The notes under the pieces were generated by a model. It was not told the origin of the DNA. It worked only from the letters and a program-made list of their open reading frames with translations, and did not search any database. From NCBI GenBank assembly GCA_035221665.1, contig CM069131.1, positions 86,056,001-86,120,000 on the forward strand: DNA of 64,000 nucleotides, in the 5' to 3' direction. Made by a program: the position numbers and the translations under genes. Origin of the DNA: Okamejei kenojei. Lineage: Eukaryota. Positions 62,110-64,000 of the stretch are shown here, piece after piece; position 1 is the first letter of the stretch; every line of letters begins with the position of its first letter.

Positions 62110-62840
62110 GTGCAGGTGTACATGCATGCTGCATGCTCACAGTGCAGGTGTACATGCATGCTGCATGGTCACAGTGCAGGTGTACATGCATGCTGCATGG
62201 CCACAGTGCAAGTAAGCATGCTGCATGGTCACAGTACAAGTATTCATGGATGGTCACAGTGCAAGTGTTCATGCATGCTTCATGGTCACAGTGCAGGTGT
62301 TTATGCATGCTTCATGGTCACAGTGCAAGTGTACATGCATGCTGCATGGTCACAGTGCGGGTATTCATGCATGCTGCATGGTCACAGTGCAGGTGTTCAT
62401 GCATGCTGCATGGTCACAGTGCAGGTGTTCATGCATGCTGCATGGTCACAGTGCAAGTGTACATGCATGCTGCATGGTCACAGTGCGGGTATTCATGCAT
62501 GCTGCATGGTCACAGTGCAAGTGTTCATGCATGCTGCATGGTCACAGTGCAAGTGTTCATGCATGCTGCATGGTCACAGTGCAGGTGTTCATGCATGCTG
62601 CATGGTCACAGTGCAGGTGTTCATGCATGCTGCATGGTCACAGTGCAGGTGTTCATGCATGCTGCATGGTCACAGTGCAGGTGTTCATGCATGCTGCATG
62701 GTCACAGTGCAGGTGTTTATGCATGCTGCATGGTCACAGTGCAAGTGTTCATGCATGCTTCATGGTCACAGTGCAGGTGTTCATGCATGCTGCATGGTCA
62801 CAGTGCAGGTGTTCATGCATGCTGCGTGATCGCAGTGCAG
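62110..62840 (+). repeat. 32-bp minisatellite, about 23 copies
   Basis: Unit GCATGCTGCATGGTCACAGTGCAGGTGTTCAT repeated head-to-tail with few substitutions and no spacers. Confidence 0.97.
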
Positions 62841-63937
62841 GACACTGTTGCCACTGCTATTTCAGCATTGCACCAAAAATAACTAGACCTGATACTAATA
62901 GCTGAATAGTGTACCAGCCTTTACTGAAATAGCACATTTAGACTTGTCAATATCCTTGGATTGAGAAAGTGCTAGACGGTGTTAGTAACAAGTACATTAA
63001 CTCATCTATTTAAAACATATCTGTTATTTAAAAGAAAGTGATGATTTGTTTGAAATTATTGTATTTGTAAACTCTGCACATTGAGGTATGTGTTAATGTG
63101 TTTGATATTAATATTGTGTCTTTGGTCCTTTAAAAAAAAAGGTTCCCTAATAAAGATATATTAAGAATGAGTCTGTAATTCTCTTTGTCCAGAATACATC
63201 TCTGTAGTCAGTCACTGGGAAAATCTGCCGATGGTCATTAAGGATTCTGTTGATTCTAGTTATTTGCATGCATAAAGAATTGGCTTGCACTTTCTTGCAT
63301 TGGGATTATAGTTTCATATATTTCACTTTATTTTCTTTATCCCTGTATTTGGTCCAACTCAACAACCTACTTGAATTGCCCTCTGAAGAGCCCTTGTTTC
63401 AACTGGATAATAAAATTAGACATATTCAGCGGCGTATTGAAATTCCACTGGAATTGTTATTAATACTTTAATTACCCTACTACTTTAAAAATGTTGTGTA
63501 TATGTTCAGTGAAGTCATGTCCACTTTGTGGGAGCATGCTGTCAGCAAATTGGCTGCTAATGTTTCTCTGCTGGATAATACTTTAAAAGTCTTATAATAC
63601 AGGAAACAATGACTGTAAAACACTTTGGGACATTAAGAATTCATGGCAGGAACCGGTGAAATGCAATCTCAGTCTACCTCTTCAAAAATGTGATTACATA
63701 AGACCTCAGTGTTGTATTTTCTATTGATGGGAAAACATTTCTGAAATATTAGCACATCATCCAACAACCAATTTGTTGGAAGTAATCTTTGAGATGAGTG
63801 TCAAGGCAATCATGTTCACGTGAACCATGCAAACTTAAAGAAACATCTCTGAATTTCCTATCTATATTCAAATTCATAGATACAATGGTAATGGGAAGAA
63901 AACATTGCAAATTTTAAATGCTCATCATTTTTTAATA

Positions 63938-64000
63938 GTGGTGTGGTGCAGTGGTAGAGTTGCTGCCTTACAGCGCCAGGTTTGATCCTGACCACGGGTG
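63938..64000 (+). mobile_element. V-SINE head truncated by the window end
   Basis: gtggtgcagtggtagagttgctgccttacagcgccaggtttgatcctgaccacgggtg. Confidence 0.7.

Noticed and set aside
62110-62840. CRISPR-like array (32-bp partly palindromic repeat)
   Set aside because: The units are contiguous with no unique spacers, there are no cas genes, and the context is vertebrate.
62110-62840. p53 response-element array (CATG cores)
   Set aside because: The flanks do not fit RRRCWWGYYY and the CATG cores are 4, 7 or 11 nt apart rather than 10.
62089-62905. Three overlapping 226-249 aa Cys/His/Met-rich ORFs
   Set aside because: They arise because the 32-bp unit has no stop codon on the + strand and cycles through all three frames; there is no other sign of a gene.
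28888-64000. SLIT2 exon 5 and the intronic mir-218
   Set aside because: No DLSENQIQ-encoding 72-nt exon and no TTGTGCTTGATCTAACCATGT were seen by eye; mir-218 lies in a much later Slit intron.

Overview
This is eukaryotic (vertebrate) genomic DNA. Its repeat content (HE1/V-SINE-like SINEs, CR1/HER1 tails, SacSINE1-like DeuSINEs, Rex1 LINEs) points to a cartilaginous fish, probably a skate or ray; this is an inference. The only host gene is the 5' end of SLIT2 on the + strand: a CpG-rich promoter/5' region (~5960-7116) and coding exons 1-4 (7117-7310, 9229-9300, 11333-11404, 28816-28887). These encode the signal peptide, LRRNT and three 24-aa LRRs, and all introns are phase 2. Exon 5 is not in the window, so 28888-64000 is the start of a long intron 4. 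The introns hold a near-complete Passport-like Tc1 transposon (42503-44117), a deleted Tc1 (9551-10434), Harbinger-like and Tigger-like MITEs, and LINE fragments (CR1, Rex1, RTE, Vingi-like). Two observations stand out. (1) About 20 short Penelope-like (PLE)-derived elements carry, or retain degenerate remnants of, a minimal hammerhead ribozyme core (CUGAAGA-A-GGGU[loop]ACCC-GAAA-CGUH). They often form foldbacks, have 8-15 bp target duplications, and repeatedly nest into each other. (2) A 32-bp minisatellite in intron 4 presents about two UGCAUG (RBFOX) motifs per unit on the sense strand, directly behind a good 3' splice-site sequence. Nearly all ORFs in the supplied track are spurious. Repeat boundaries are approximate unless TSDs/TIRs are quoted, and family names come from recalled consensus features, not database searches.
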